This document shows, one piece after another, positions 27,502-46,216 of a DNA stretch of 64,000 nucleotides. Where the stretch lies: the NCBI GenBank assembly GCA_963693365.1, contig CAVNZM010000006.1:8807355-8871354 (forward strand), read 5' to 3'. Every line of letters starts with the position of its first letter. The stretch's first letter is position 1. Source of the stretch: Amoebidium appalachense (lineage: Eukaryota > Protista > Ichthyosporea). The position numbers were made by a program, and so were the translations under genes. The notes under the pieces were generated by a model. That model did no database searches and was not told the DNA's origin. It worked only from the letters and a program-made list of their open reading frames with translations.

Positions 27502-27946
27502 GGGGGGGGGGGGGTAGGTAGAGGAGCAGTCAGTTGGCAATGGCGCTCATATGGATCAACATTGAATCTCTCATTCACGCTCACAAACCCTTGCATCAGT
27601 AAGCATGTGGTGTACATTTTCAAAAAGTCAAGGCCACATGTACACGGTAGCGGGTGAGAGGCCAGGGAACGAATGGGGGGGGGGGGGGGGGGGGGGGGGG
27701 GCAACGTGATTTATGTCCCTGACTTTTTAAAGTGCTGTGTGTGTGTGTGATGTTTGCACGCGCACGCGCATTTGTGCAGGTGTGGGTGTGGGCATGGGTG
27801 TGTGGGGTCTGTTGTGTTTGTGGTGTGTGTGTGTGTGCTTTCTTGTTTCTAATGGAGTGAGTAGGGTTTTGCCTGGGTGAAAGGGAGGGGGAAGGGGAAG
27901 AGAAAAAACACTACCCCTCTTTTGAACTCTCCCTCCCTCTGCCACC

Positions 27947-28020
<74 letters not shown>

Positions 28021-28190
28021 ACACACAACACAAGCACCGACACACATACAACTTCCGTTGTTCTTGTTGAAGTCAAATACCTCGTCCATCTTGCGCCACA
28101 CACAGAAACCATAGGCACCGAACATGAATCCCCAGGTGAGACATATTTCAAGAAATACCATCGAGCACAGACACCCAAACAAGCAATAAG

Positions 28191-32625
<4,435 letters not shown>

Positions 32626-32981
32626 GTCGGTTTCTTTGTAATATGCACGTTGTGGTGCAAAAGAAAAATGATTGCAGTTTATATGCAAGCAGGGAGAAGC
32701 ACTCGAGGAAGGAAGGCGGGCAAGGGGGGCTAAAGAGACAAATGCAGGTGTGTGTGTTTGTGTGTTTGTGTGTTTTTTTGGGGGGGAGGAGGAGGGGGAG
32801 GGGGAGGGGGAGATTGGCAGGACGTTGGTTAGGAAAGAACATGGGGAGCGTCGGGTATATGTTGTTGCAAGGAAGAAAATCAGAAATGTATGGTTGGTGT
32901 GTTGCGAAGGCTGGGGGGGTTGGTTGTGATGGTGTGTGGTGGGGGGTGGGAGAGGGAAGAGGGGACCGCCCGGCGGCGGTG

Positions 32982-33023
<42 letters not shown>

Positions 33024-34387
33024 TGCAAATGAGGGGTAGAGCGACTGGGTTGTGAAGAAAACACAGTCGAGGGACAAGGGAGCAAACCGCATAATAATGG
33101 ATTCGCAATACGGCTCGGGGAATAAAGCATCATAACCCGAACTGAGAGAAGAGTATGAGTGAAAAGATAGTGTTGCAGAAGAAGAGGGTGTGGGGGTAGG
33201 GGGGTGGTGGGGAGGGGAGGTAGGGTTGAACATATGCAGAGAAGGGGTGGAGAGATGAAACAAGAATGACGTGTGGCTTTTGCTTAGCAAGAGTCTGTCT
33301 TCTTGGTTGTTGCTGTGACGGTGATTGTGGTAGTGGGGACAGAAGGGGGGGAGGGTGGGGGGGGGAGGTTGGCAAGCGGGAAGGGGAAGTGGGGGGGGAG
33401 GGGGGGGGGGAAGGGGGGGGGAGGGGGGGGGGGGGGGGGGGGGGGGGGCGAGAGGGGTGGAGGGCTAAGATGCTTATTACTGGCAAAGGAAATAATGGAG
33501 AGGGGGGGGGGAGGAGAAATGGCACCACGAAAGACGAACTAGAAGAGTTAGGGAAGGACGAAGGGAGAGAGCGGAACTGGGAACAGATAGGGTGGGTTTG
33601 TTTGGAAAGAGGGGGGAGGGGGGGGGGGGGGGGGGGGGGAAGAAACTGCGAGGAGAGCAAATCTAGATGTAATCTGCTGACTAAGGACGGGAAAGACATA
33701 GAGAGAGAGCGAGGAAAGGAGCTAACTCGAGAAGCCTAGACTAAAATGAGGGTAAATTCTACGGAAGTAGTAAGTGGGCGGGCTGAAGTACGAGGTGCAG
33801 GTGCTCGAAGCAGAAAACACAATGTGCCATAGAAATAGCCAAAAAAAAAATCACCGTCCAGCAAAATAGCCCCTTTCACAACGCTGCGGAAAAACGAACG
33901 TAACCGAAAGTGCCCCGATCCCCCCCCTCCTCCCCCCTCCTCCCCCCTCCCCCCCCCCCCCCCTCCTCCCCCCCCCCCCCCCCCCCCCCCCCCCCTTTTT
34001 TTCCCCGTCTCCTGCAACGAATGAGTGCGTGACAGCACATAGATCAGAAGTCCACGTCCAGCACGTAAGCTGTTATGTGATGATGTGTAGTCACTGCGTG
34101 AATTTTAGGGTATGTGGGTGGGTGTGTTGGCGTGAACGGGAGACAAGGATACCTTAGCGTTGTGTAGACGTGTGTGCCCCTGTGCGTCCATCAGTGCGTG
34201 TGTATCGCACGCGCGCGCGCGCGCGCGCGGTGTGGTATGGCTGCAAGAGGTAAAAGGTGTTACGAAACACACACCTGTGGAGCCCCGGCCACGAGGTCGG
34301 TGGTGTTGGGCTGTGCCATCATCCGATTTATTCTGCAGAGGCCTGCTCCGTATAGAGTGTCACTACAGGCCACGGGAATGTACAAGC

Positions 34388-34457
34388 AGCAACAGCAGCC
34401 CGGGAAGAGACAAACAGCTAGAAGCAACAGCAGCCCGGGAAGAGACAAACAGCTAGA
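34388..34457. repeat. Exact 35-bp tandem duplication
   Basis: AGCAACAGCAGCCCGGGAAGAGACAAACAGCTAGA twice. Confidence 0.9.
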
Positions 34458-34671
34458 TGCACACTGCAGGGAGCCATAAACCCTCCAATATAGAGTGTAC
34501 TGATAGTCTTACATCAGATACCCTTACTTGTGCCATGGACCAATGAGCTGAGCAAGTGAGAGCAACGTGTTCTACAGTCCGTTCTAGCACATGCAATAGT
34601 GGATTGGCTACAACATTTTCAGCGTGATCCCATTCCGTACTGTACAGCATGCTTGTGTGTGTGTGTGCGAC

Positions 34672-34732
<61 letters not shown>

Positions 34733-34781
34733 GCGTGTGCGTGTGCGTGTGCGTGTGCGTGTGCGTGTGCGTGTGCGCGTG

Positions 34782-34845
<64 letters not shown>

Positions 34846-35073
34846 TGTGTGGGTGTGTGGGTGTGTGTGTGTGTGTGTGGGTGGGTGGGTGGGTGTGTGA
34901 GGAGGGTGGGGGGGTGGAGACGGGAGGCGGGGAGGGGGTAGGGGTAGGAGGGGGGGAGGGGGGGAGGGAGGGGAGGGGGGGAGGGGTGAGAATGTTGATT
35001 TGGCTCGGCAGTGTATGTATACAACGCAAACATAATTCGAAATCGGGATTTCGTGCATACATGTATACATACA

Positions 35074-35108
<35 letters not shown>

Positions 35109-35357
35109 GTTTTGTTCCCGGAAGGACCCTTGCAGGCCCTCGAGGGAACTACGGTCTACCACACAGCACCGACAGTACACTAGTTAGGGTGCTAATCTAT
35201 GTGCTCAGCTAAGCTAAATTAATAAACCATCATTCACAAACCTAACTTAGGTACACACTTTGCCCAGGTTACTACTACTCCAGCCACGGTAGGTGATACA
35301 TGTATACACATGTACACGGGAATTTGTGAGTGTGTGTGCGCGTGGTGGTGGTGGTGT

Positions 35358-35410
<53 letters not shown>

Positions 35411-36575
35411 ACTTTTATTTGCATCTCCGACGGTTATTATCATGATTATTCTTACCTTCCTAGCGTTTTTGAATCTGGAAAGAGGGTCTCGCCCCCCGGG
35501 GGGGCCCGGGGGGGGAAGAACTAAGAGACATTAAGATGTTATGTCATATATGCCACGCTGAGCGATAGCTCTAAACATGTTTTCTGCGGCTCTATAGCTA
35601 TGTGACCTGAGGAGCATCCAGTATGTTGCAACCTCGAGTGTGGAGCCTTATGATCCTGACAAAGTCTTTGCCCACTCCGGGACTCGTGACCTACTAGACT
35701 CGAGTAATAATGTTGGCGAAAAATTCTGGTCAGCTTTTGAGCTTGCAGTAACGTTTGAAGCATATATTCTATTTATGTTTCGCTGCTGAATATCATAGCC
35801 GCTCCGCTTTCTGAGGACGCTAAGCGCAGAAATTATTAAAATACTGCTAAAAGTAGAGTAATGATTCTGCCTGAACCAAGTGCAACGATGTGCCTTCAGC
35901 AGGAAAATTCTGCTTTTGCACAATTCTTGAATTTTGCGTAACATCAAGTTAGTTGAAACTCTGCACTTGGAATGCGACATGTAAGCACCCTTCGCACAGG
36001 CATACGGGCCCCAAACTGAACGAGAAAGCAAACCACAAAAGAGAGACCTACAGATGACAGGCCATGACGGTGTACCTGCCACCTGAGTATTTAGACTGTG
36101 AGGGTAACTTGATGTTTCAAATTTCGCCCATGGGCACACTGTCCAGTGCGCTTTACTGCAATGTAGCAGCATTTGGCACTAAGCGCACAGTCACACGGAG
36201 CTCGTGGAGGGGGTAAAAAGTTTATTTTGAACAAAACTATGGCAGTGACCGCACTCTGTGCATAGGTGCGGTGACAGCAACATATTCTCGCCTTTTCAAA
36301 GCTAATACAAACATACATAGGCTTTTGCCATTCAGCCATATTCAACTATCGCACACACTCCTCATATATATGCCCGCATATATGGAGGCCGACCGAAGCC
36401 GGTTGCCTTCATACGAATTTCTAAACCGCAGCCACGCATGACCGCACACTATCGAATGGCAGGACCAGCTGACCAATCACATCATTCGCGTCCTTTATCA
36501 ATTGCAAATCTGAAAATATACCGCCCAATAGGGCCCAAAAATAGGTCACGCCTTCCTAAAAAGGCAACGGGTCAC

Positions 36576-36765
36576 CTAGAACGCCATGTTCTTGATGACC
36601 TTGTTGATCTCAGGAATGACGTCATCCGTAATCTGGTTGAGCTCCTTGGCCAGGGCTTGGGAGATGACACCATCCACGTCAAAATGTTTCTGCACAATGT
36701 CCTAGGGAGGGAAACATGTGTTAGAATATAAAAAATCGGAAGAATGTGAGGAGGGAGATAGGTAT

Positions 36766-36799
<34 letters not shown>

Positions 36800-36830
36800 C
36801 TGGGGAAGCTGGGTAAATGGGTTTTTTTTC

Positions 36831-36877
<47 letters not shown>

Positions 36878-36925
36878 TTTTTTTTTTTTTTTTTTTTTTC
36901 CTTTGGTGGTGGTGGTGGTGGTGGT

Positions 36926-36972
<47 letters not shown>

Positions 36973-37427
36973 AATAGGAATCAATCCCACACTCTCTTTT
37001 AGTCCTGGCACCAAGACCTGGCACCATCACTTTTACAAAGGGAAAGAAAACAGAGCAAGAGTGCACAAGATCTCCGTCCGAAAACTTGACGACAGAACAA
37101 CAGCGAAAAGCAGGGGAAACGACTCACGGCACAATTGAATCAACGAATACACAAAAGGTTCGAAGGCAAAGCAGACCCAACATAATTGCTAGCACACACA
37201 ACACTAACCCACATACCTTGATGCCCTCTGTGAGCTTGCCCAGCATGCCGTCAAAGATGCCTAGGTTGTTGATGTGGAAGGTGACGTCATCGTAGTGCAC
37301 AAGCACCCCTGTGGCATTCACACTGTCGATCTGGTACACACGCTTGCCCTGGTCGTTGGTCGTGTAGTTGAGCTGTTGGAATTACTGTGAGTGCGTGCTT
37401 ATGGAACTCTGCAACTAATGTCTTCAA

Positions 37428-37463
<36 letters not shown>

Positions 37464-37475
37464 TTACGGGCAAGG

Positions 37476-37507
<32 letters not shown>

Positions 37508-39227
37508 ATCGGTGGTGGTGGCCCCTTAGTGATCTACTACGATTGTGTACACACATACAGCAAATACAACCCGAGGAGCAAATCAAGCAAAGCAATACAA
37601 GCAACTCCAACTACCAAACCCACACGCACACAAGCCACCTTCAACCCGGCAAGGAACAATGCAACAGCACATACCGTGATTGTGAGCAGTGCCTCAGGAC
37701 GCACTTCAGTCACCCCCAGCTGCCCCGTGCTGCTGACGGGAATATCGGCCCCAAGAATCGTAGCAGTGGCCTCAGCCTGAACAAAACACATGTGTAAGTG
37801 GGGGTGTATGAACATATTCCGAAACCATCAAAGAATTTCCTATGACACACATGACCTTCAGGTAACCATGTTCAATGATTAGCCATATTTGCCCCTGCAC
37901 CTCAAGGTAGACTTCACGTAAATGCCAAGCTCTTGATCTCCCCAGCTCCAAGTCCTGTCAATGAATAAATTGACCGTTTTATAGCGACAATTGCTGTTGA
38001 CGCCACCATCTAAATACGCACACCACAGGGTTACGGGAACTTACATGGGCATCCCCGGTGATGTTGTCACAGCTCAGCACCAGCGACCCATTGGCAATCA
38101 GCTGGCCCTCCCTGAATAAAAAAAAAAATTGTAAGAAAAGGGAGAGGGCACGCAATTATGCACACAGAGGTATAACTATTGCACAGTGCATGCACAACAT
38201 GAAGGGTATAAACATAAATTGAGGAGCAGATATAATCTCCCTAGGGTACATGTTGAAACAACAGACCGTTCTTTGCTAAGCTTAACATACCGAGTCTTTA
38301 GAGATTGCCAATAAAAAACCCCAATGTATCAAATGGTTTCAATTAAATATGACTGCCTGCCTGCTTGCATGTGCACGTGCATGTCATTGTGTGTGTGTGT
38401 GTATGCATGCACGTGAGTGTGCATGTGTGCGTGTGTGTGTGCACCCACTCTGTCTCTGTGACGTTCAGGCACGTAGCATTTTGCAGCAGCATTGTGCCCA
38501 GACCAGTCAGTCGCTCCAACTCGGCCATGGCATGGCCTCCAGCACAGGCCCTTGGTGTGCACACCTCCTTGCCAAAGATCTGCACACCACACACACGTTA
38601 GCAACCATACAACTCGCATTGCAATTTCTGGGTGGTAAACAAAATGATATGCGAGAAGCTTTGAATAGCGTCCATCCGTGCATGCCACTACCATTTTTCG
38701 CAGCAGAGTCCAGTCCACCTTCCATGCTTCTTTCTCCTTCGCTTTGGTGGCAGCTGGCCAGAAAAAAAAAAAGGGGGGGGGGGGGGGGGACCAGTACCGT
38801 GAAACACTTCTGCTCGGCACATGCTTCGTCTTCTGCCTCAACCTTCACCGCACCGTTGAAAATCAAAGGGTCGATGTGGTTGTCCTCAAGACCAAACAGG
38901 CTGATGTTTCTCGTGGAGAGAAGTTTCGTGCCGTTGAGAAACCGGTTGCCGAGATTCACGAAAAGTTCCTGTTTGCAGGAGACACGTGAACCAGGTGACA
39001 AAGAGACGCATCAAAAACAGACAGGGCATATGTAATGGCCGCAAAGAGGAATATTATGACATTTGAGTCTGTATTGATTCGTATTCCACACCCAATGTGT
39101 GATGCCTGCATCCAAGTGAGCACACCTAATTTTCGTTCTTGTTGCGTGACTGTATGTCATGCTATGTGTGCGTGTGCGCGCGCACGTGTTTGTGGGCAAG
39201 TCCGGTGCCCTAGAGTCTCTTAGGCAA

Positions 39228-39324
<97 letters not shown>

Positions 39325-40523
39325 AAAGGAGGGTTAGGAGGGGGGGAAGGGGGGGGGGAGGTTTTCAACGTGTTGCTGTAAAAAGCACAAGTTCACAACC
39401 GCCAACGTCACGTAGAGGGTGTTAACAAAAAAAAAAACAACGTAAGGAGCCCATATTCACCTGTGCAGGGTTCGGAGGAAGGGCGAGGAAGGGGGGGGAT
39501 GGGGAGTGGGGGGGGGGGAAGGGGGGGGGGGGGGGTGGGGGGGGGGGGGGGGAAGGGGGGTTACCAAGATCGGGTTCGCATCTGCGCAGTCGGGGGCAGA
39601 TCGGTTACTATTCTGGTAGTCCGACCCATTATCCAACACCAGGCCCTGCATTCAACAAACTTAGCTCCAGAGTTTACAGGGCCTAAGTTAGATAAAACCC
39701 CTGGTGTGTATGTTCGTACTGTGTTTTGTGCTCCGTGTACCTCCCGGTCAAAAATACGCCCTCTCATACTACGGCATTGTGTATGTATATGTGTGCGTGT
39801 ATGTAGCTTCGCATACACGATTCTACATATGTGGCAGGTCGTTTATGGATAACCCGCACCTACACATTGAGTGAAACACAGCAATTAAATTGATTGGTGT
39901 TTGGTTGTATGCATCGCTAATGAAGTGGAATTTAAACAAGCACCTGCTGAGAAATGACTAGTTGTGCGGATATGCACTGTGTATGCGGCGGTTTTCCTGT
40001 CTGTGTACGCACGTGTCTGCGTGCCAGCAGTATTTGTGTAAGCATGTGCGCCTGTGAGGATGCGTAGTATGCACACACGCCGTGTCCGGTGAATCGAAAG
40101 CCAAAATGTTTGTGTGGGCGCCCTTGATGTGTGTAAAAGCAAGCTCTGTTTTATACGGGTTTCTGCTTAGGTGTGGGTATGTGTCTACATCTGCTGTGAG
40201 CGAATTTTCCAGGCTGTTTCCGTTCATTAAACTTGTCGAACCTAACGTTAAAAGGCACACCCGGCTATCAAAACTTGCCCACCCACAAGAAAAAACAACT
40301 GTAGCCACAGCCATGTCTGCGCACAAGACATGCGCCGTAACAGCTGAATATACATCTCTATGCTGTATTGCTGTGCATTTTTTCCTTGTTCATTCAGAGC
40401 AGATCAAACCTGGAAAGTGCCTGTGTTTGCGTTTCATTCCTGCCACGTAATCATAACGGCAGGGCAACTCACCTTAGCCAGTGCGGAGCCTGCAAAGGCA
40501 AGGACGATAGCGCTAGTCCTCAT
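36576..40523 (-). CDS. Secreted ~300-aa glycoprotein, probable Group 7 allergen/JHBP-like TULIP lipid-binding fold
   Basis: Phase-consistent GT-AG exons 40523-40473 (signal peptide MRTSAIVLAFAGSALAK), 39645-39565, 38968-38798, 38579-38449, 38111-38045, 37776-37675, 37372-37217 and 36701-36576 (stop TAG). Motifs IDPL, LTGLGTM and VTFHINNLGIFDGMLGKLTEGIKDIVQKHF plus a long C-terminal amphipathic helix recall Der p 7. About ten N-x-S/T sequons. The gene model is solid; the fold is inference. Confidence 0.75.
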
Positions 40524-41118
40524 TATTGCGATGTTCTACGCGGCCTGTGTGGAAAACACGTATACTAACAGGACTGTTATTCTTACTGAGGATGCACTGT
40601 TCAAAAACGAAAAGTGAACGACACAACGGCGCGTCCGACCTTAGGCAATTGTTTCTCCCTATCAAGAAGTTATGACCGGTGGGGAATCTTGATATTTTCC
40701 GAACTCACAAAAGTATATAGCTAAGACATTACACTAGCCTAAAGCCCATAAAAAAAACCATTAAACAAGAAAACATGTATAATACTGTAGCGTTTATTTT
40801 TCATGGTTTTTTATCCCTCAAAACTGAGAAATAAGGGCTGTTGAATATCTTTTAATTATTCATGAAATACATCCAGATAATAAACCCCAAACCAAATCAG
40901 CTTAGGGGACTGTGGAGACGTAACGTCAATTTATCCTGGTTATATGTAAAGCTGACTAATATCCAATAATAAAACGTTTGGGTTGCTATAGCTATATTTG
41001 GAGCAACAATTCCTCAGTTTAACCAATAGCATTAGTCTAGAATCTTGCATATTTCGCTTGTTTGTTCTGATGACCACAGCCATTCAAAACGCACATTGCG
41101 CAAACTACTGCCATGTTG

Positions 41119-41277
41119 ATTGGATTAACGCATTATGACGTCAGAAAGCCAAGCCACCGATTGGGTGCTACCCCATATGATCTCGTTTCATGTTGCCGAG
41201 TCAACGTTCCTCAATCATCAACAGTTTTGTGTTTCCCAAGTGTGTTGATGTGCGCCTGTACGTGGTCAATATAAAAA
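41119..41277 (+). promoter_or_regulatory. Candidate promoter elements (ATTGG boxes, CRE-like TGACGTCA, TATA-like)
   Basis: ATTGG near 41119 and 41160, TGACGTCA at 41136-41143 and TATAAA near 41270, in microsatellite-free DNA between the secreted-protein start and the partial plus-strand gene. Confidence 0.3.
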
Positions 41278-42244
41278 AACATTTCCAGTTACATATATAC
41301 ACGATAAGCATTACTACAAAGGGGCCGTCATTCCTTTTTTTTTCTACCAAGTAAGAGTACTAAGTCGTTGTCATTCAGTACATGTGCCATGGCCATGGCC
41401 ATGGCCAACATCGGCTGCTGCTGCTCAGCTTCGGCACCACACTCGGTCCCCCGACAGTACCCCCACTCCAGCCCCCCCACGTATAGGGTTTCCCCCCTTC
41501 CGGGGGGAGGGCGAGGGGTTGGGTTGGGGGGGGGGAGGGGGGAAGGGGAAGGAAAGACCCCGAGCTGTAGCTCGGAGGGGCGGTGAGCTGGGTGGTGGTG
41601 GTGCCGACAGTGGCGCCATGCATATGGGCACCGGGGGGGAGGAGGTGCGGTGGTAGACTCTTTTGAATGTCGAATGAAGCCCTTTTTGATGGTAACAACC
41701 CCCCCCCCCCCCCCCCCCCCCTCCGCCCCCACATTGGCTGAGCTAACCCCATACTAGGTTAGTAGTAGCTAATCTGTGACTCCCCCTCCCCCCTCCCCCC
41801 CCCCCCCCCCCCCCCCCCCCTTCCCCCCCCCCCCCCCCCCCCCCCCCGCCCCCTGCCCTTCCCCCTAAGTTATCGCCCGAGAGAATGAACACACCCAACT
41901 GCTTGTGGGGAAGCGGGGGGAGCCTCCTGAGGGCAAACCGTAAAAGATTAAACTACATAAGGCTATGCCTGCGGCATGAAGGCTTGCTTGCTGGGGCGGG
42001 GGCCCTTACAAGGTGAGGGTTCAACAGGGCAATATGAGGTGGTCACTGCAGGTGGACCGGGGTGGTGGTTGTGGCCAACGCCGGGGAGGAGGGGAGGGAA
42101 CCCCTGCAATCGATTCCGGTTGAGCTCAGTCTCTCACACAGGTCTCTCTCTCTCTCTCTCTCTCCTCTTTCTCTCTCTCTCTCTCTCTCCCCCCCTTCCC
42201 CCCCCCCCCCCCTCCCTCCCTCCCTCCCTCCCCCCTCCCCCCCT

Positions 42245-42316
<72 letters not shown>

Positions 42317-42435
42317 AGTCTGAGTATCGAGCTCTCTCTCTCTCTCCCCCCCCCCTCTCTCTCTATTCTCTCTCCAACTTCTCTCTTTACTCTCTCTCCC
42401 TCTCTCTCTCTCCCCCCCCCCCCCCCTCACTCTCT

Positions 42436-42540
<105 letters not shown>

Positions 42541-42661
42541 ACTCTCTCACTCTCGCTCGCTCGCTCTCTCTCTCTCTCTCTTTCTCCCCCCCCCCCCCTC
42601 TCTCTCTCTCTCCCCTCTCCCTCCCTCCCTCTCTCTCTCTCTCCCCCCCCCCCCCCCCCTC

Positions 42662-42692
<31 letters not shown>

Positions 42693-43019
42693 CCCTGAGG
42701 CTCTATCTCTCTCTCTCTCCCCCTCCTCCCAGTCTCTCCCCGAGGCTCTCTCTCTCTCTGTCTGAGGCTCAGAGTCTAGTCTTTTTGTTGTCTCCGGGGT
42801 ATAGAGGTGGGGGGTGGGGGTGGTGGTGGTGGTGAGGGGGGGGAGATTAGGGGGGGTTGCGGGGGATTAGTGTACAACTTCAGGACGTGCGTGTCTCCGT
42901 TTTCAAGCCCCCTTCCAAACACACACTCCCACGCGCACAACACGCGCGCGCACACAACATACACACACACACGCGCGCGCACAACACACACGCACACGCA
43001 CACACACCCCATTGCGTAA

Positions 43020-43084
<65 letters not shown>

Positions 43085-44311
43085 TCACACATACAAGCAC
43101 ATGACATTGGGAGGGTGGGGAGGCTGGGGAGGGGGGAGGGGAGGCGGGAGGCGGGAGAACGACTGTGCAAGGCCTCCGAGTATTAGTACTGAGATGGGTA
43201 TCATCGGAGCACACTGTGAGCCAAGGTATAAACAAATCTGCAACTTTCTTTTCTTTGCTGAGAAATGCAAAGTGATAGCCAAAGCCCCACACCGTCACCG
43301 TGATGGCCCAGGGTCACGGTTGGATAGTAGCACTGTGAGTTGTACTCTTGAGCATTTTATTCCGCGAAGCCTCAATGGGCGGGCGGGGTGGGGTCTTAAG
43401 GGGCAGAGGGGAGGGGGGAAAGGGTGCAGGGGGAGAGGGGGGGGGGGGGGGCAGAGAGGGGGGGGGGGGGGTTGCATCCATTGCTTGATAAGCCGTGACA
43501 CTAACCGTTATTGATATGTTGTATTCGATTCTGAATCCTTTTCCCCCAGAATCAGGGCCAAGGGCCCTGGCTAAATTTACGATGTGTAATGGGTGTATAG
43601 GTGCTGTTATAAGTATAATAATTCGGCAGTGTTTGAAATGTGCGAGTTATCAAACTTGTTGGAAGAAGGTGAGAATTGTGCAAACTGTGCCCACTTACAA
43701 ATAATGTAAAGTTGTCCAAGTTCGCAAACGTGCTGCACGGATTTGCAATGTTCACACCATCTCGGTGAAACACAACCCCGATTAAATGCAACGTGGCAAC
43801 GAATCAGTCAGCCACCACCAGTTTCATTTTGCTTTCCTGCAATATAGCTTTATACTTGCTGTACAAAAATTACCGCGTCAATAGAACCTGTATGCCCTTC
43901 ATGTGAAAAACTTTCAGTGACAGAAGTTATCATACTGTTTTAGTGATACAGTACAAAGCTCAGAGGTCAAAATCAGGAAAAAAAACCCCTGTTACTTATA
44001 ATGTCTGTCCGACTTGACAATGTCTGATTCAAAGATGCTAGCCTGGCAGTGTGCTCGCTCAAGCAAAAAAAAAATAGTAGTTACAATATTCGTGATCCAC
44101 TTCCACAACACATAATCAGGGAGGTGTGGTTGAGAAGCCTTGTCAAAAAACACGTTGTTTCAGGCCCACGCGACACCCGATTATCCAGCCAAAAGGGAGG
44201 GGGAACGGGGGCCCCGGGAGGGTCCACCGGGGGGAGGGGGTGAGCGGGGGGAATTGCAAAAAAAAACAGGGAAGAACTTGATGATCAGGAAGGGAAGGGG
44301 GGAGGGAGGGG

Positions 44312-44347
<36 letters not shown>

Positions 44348-45454
44348 CTAGCTTTACAGAACATGTTTCTGGCATCTTCTGGGAACTGAGAGCTGGGACC
44401 GGGGATTTATGATGTGTTGCTACATAACTAATTAGCATGTGTACGTCCGTGTGTGTGTGTGTCCGTGTGTGTGTCCGTGGGCAGTGTGTGTGTGTGTTTG
44501 TGCGCGCCCCGGTGTGTGCCCGTGCGTCCGTGATTGCGTCCGTGCGTGCGTGCATGCGTGCGCGCGTGTGCGCATGCGTGTGTGCGTGCGTGTGTGCGTG
44601 TGTGCGTGTGTGCGTGTGTGCGTGTGTGCATGTGTGCGTGTTGCATGTGCGTGCATGTGCGTGCATGTGCGTGTGTATGTCGGGAGTGCACGAGCTGGCC
44701 CCGGGAGCAGAAGCAAGCAGCTAATACTGTGACTACCGGTGACCCTTGCCTTCGAGTACTATCGTCGGCTATGATATGACATGCTCTATTTCTTTCTCTC
44801 CTTCACTGACCAACTTACACACTCCGAGTCTTTTTCTATGATGATGTGTGTGCAAATGTGTCCCTATGTGTGTGCGAGTGGGTGCCCGTGGGTCACCGTG
44901 GGTCTGTGCGCATGCACGGCGCCAGTGTGGAAAAGTTATTGATTTGGGAGTGCCCGGGGGGTGGGGGGCGGGAAGAAAACAAACCACAAAATCCGGCGCC
45001 AGCCCCCAAAAAAGACAAGCAAGGAAAGCAGCGGTGAGGTGTAGTGACGCGGGTGAGGGGTGGGGCCCACACTTTCTTCTAAACCCCGACACTCGAACAG
45101 GGTAAAGAAATCACCGTTGGCACTGAAAATCGCTGAGAGCAAGGGTGCAGGGCTGAGAAACGAGGCCGCGCCAGGGGGGGGGGGGGGGGGGGGGGGGTGG
45201 GGGGGGGAGGAGGGGGGGGAGGGGGGATGTACTACAGGAGACTGAGCAGCAAGCAAATTCAAACCGAGCAGTTTTCAGTTTTATTCAAACCGGAAGGCCC
45301 ATCAGTCTGAAATTGAAACAGACACAAATCTAATCAACCCCAAAACTTGCGGCCCCTTCCCCCGCTCTCCCCCCTCCCCCCCTCCTCCACCCCCCCCACC
45401 CCACCCCAAACACATCACACATCGCCTTCCAAATATGTGAAACAAACAAAATAG

Positions 45455-45819
45455 CTACAAGCTCAGCAACGTAAATCTACGGGCCACCTACAATGTGCGG
45501 GTGACGGATGAGAATGGGCAGGCAGGAGATGCCAAGGTCACAGTCCCGGCAAATGGCGGCACCTTCACAGCCGACTTCTGGTTCGAGCTTCCCGGTGAGC
45601 CATAGATTCTTCCATTCGTTTTGAATCATCCTCCCCTCCCCCTCAGTGTTTCCTTTTCTTTTCACACTTATTGCATTATATTTTATCTCTCTCTCTCTCT
45701 CTTCCGCTGCCCTCTTTCTCTCCAAAGCTCTGCGCTCTCCCTCTCCGAAGCTCTTTCCCCTTTCTCCCTCACTTTCTCTCTCTCCCCAGCCCCCCCCCCC
45801 CCCCCCCCCCTCCCCCCGA

Positions 45820-45869
<50 letters not shown>

Positions 45870-45910
45870 TTCTCTCTCCCTTCCCCCCCCCCCCCTCTCT
45901 CTCTCTCTTC

Positions 45911-45988
<78 letters not shown>

Positions 45989-46018
45989 CTCCCCTACTCT
46001 CCGGCTATCTCCTGCCAG

Positions 46019-46059
<41 letters not shown>

Positions 46060-46216
46060 CTCCCCCACTCTCTCTCCTTTTTTTTGGGTGGGGGAGGGGT
46101 CCAAATTATTTTTTCCTACATTAGGAAACAAGTGCTACGACTTTCGTTCTGACACAATGCCCCTCACAGCCGATGACTTTACTGAAACCGACTACCAGGA
46201 CTTCCAGGGGTATTGA
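45455..46216 (+). CDS. Last two exons of an unidentified gene, prealbumin-like/carboxypeptidase-regulatory-like beta-sandwich pattern (5' exons unresolved)
   Basis: AG|45455-45594|GTGAG gives YKLSNVNLRATYNVRVTDENGQAGDAKVTVPANGGTFTADFWFELP. It joins in phase to TAG|46125-46216, GNKCYDFRSDTMPLTADDFTETDYQDFQGY*. A possible upstream exon near 42040-42130 reads TGVVVVANAGEEGREPLQSIPVEL. Confidence 0.55.

Noticed and set aside
35540-36540. Repeat-free 1-kb block as a gene or transposon
   Set aside because: No credible ORF, terminal repeats or TSD found; probably the 3' region of the secreted-protein gene or regulatory DNA.
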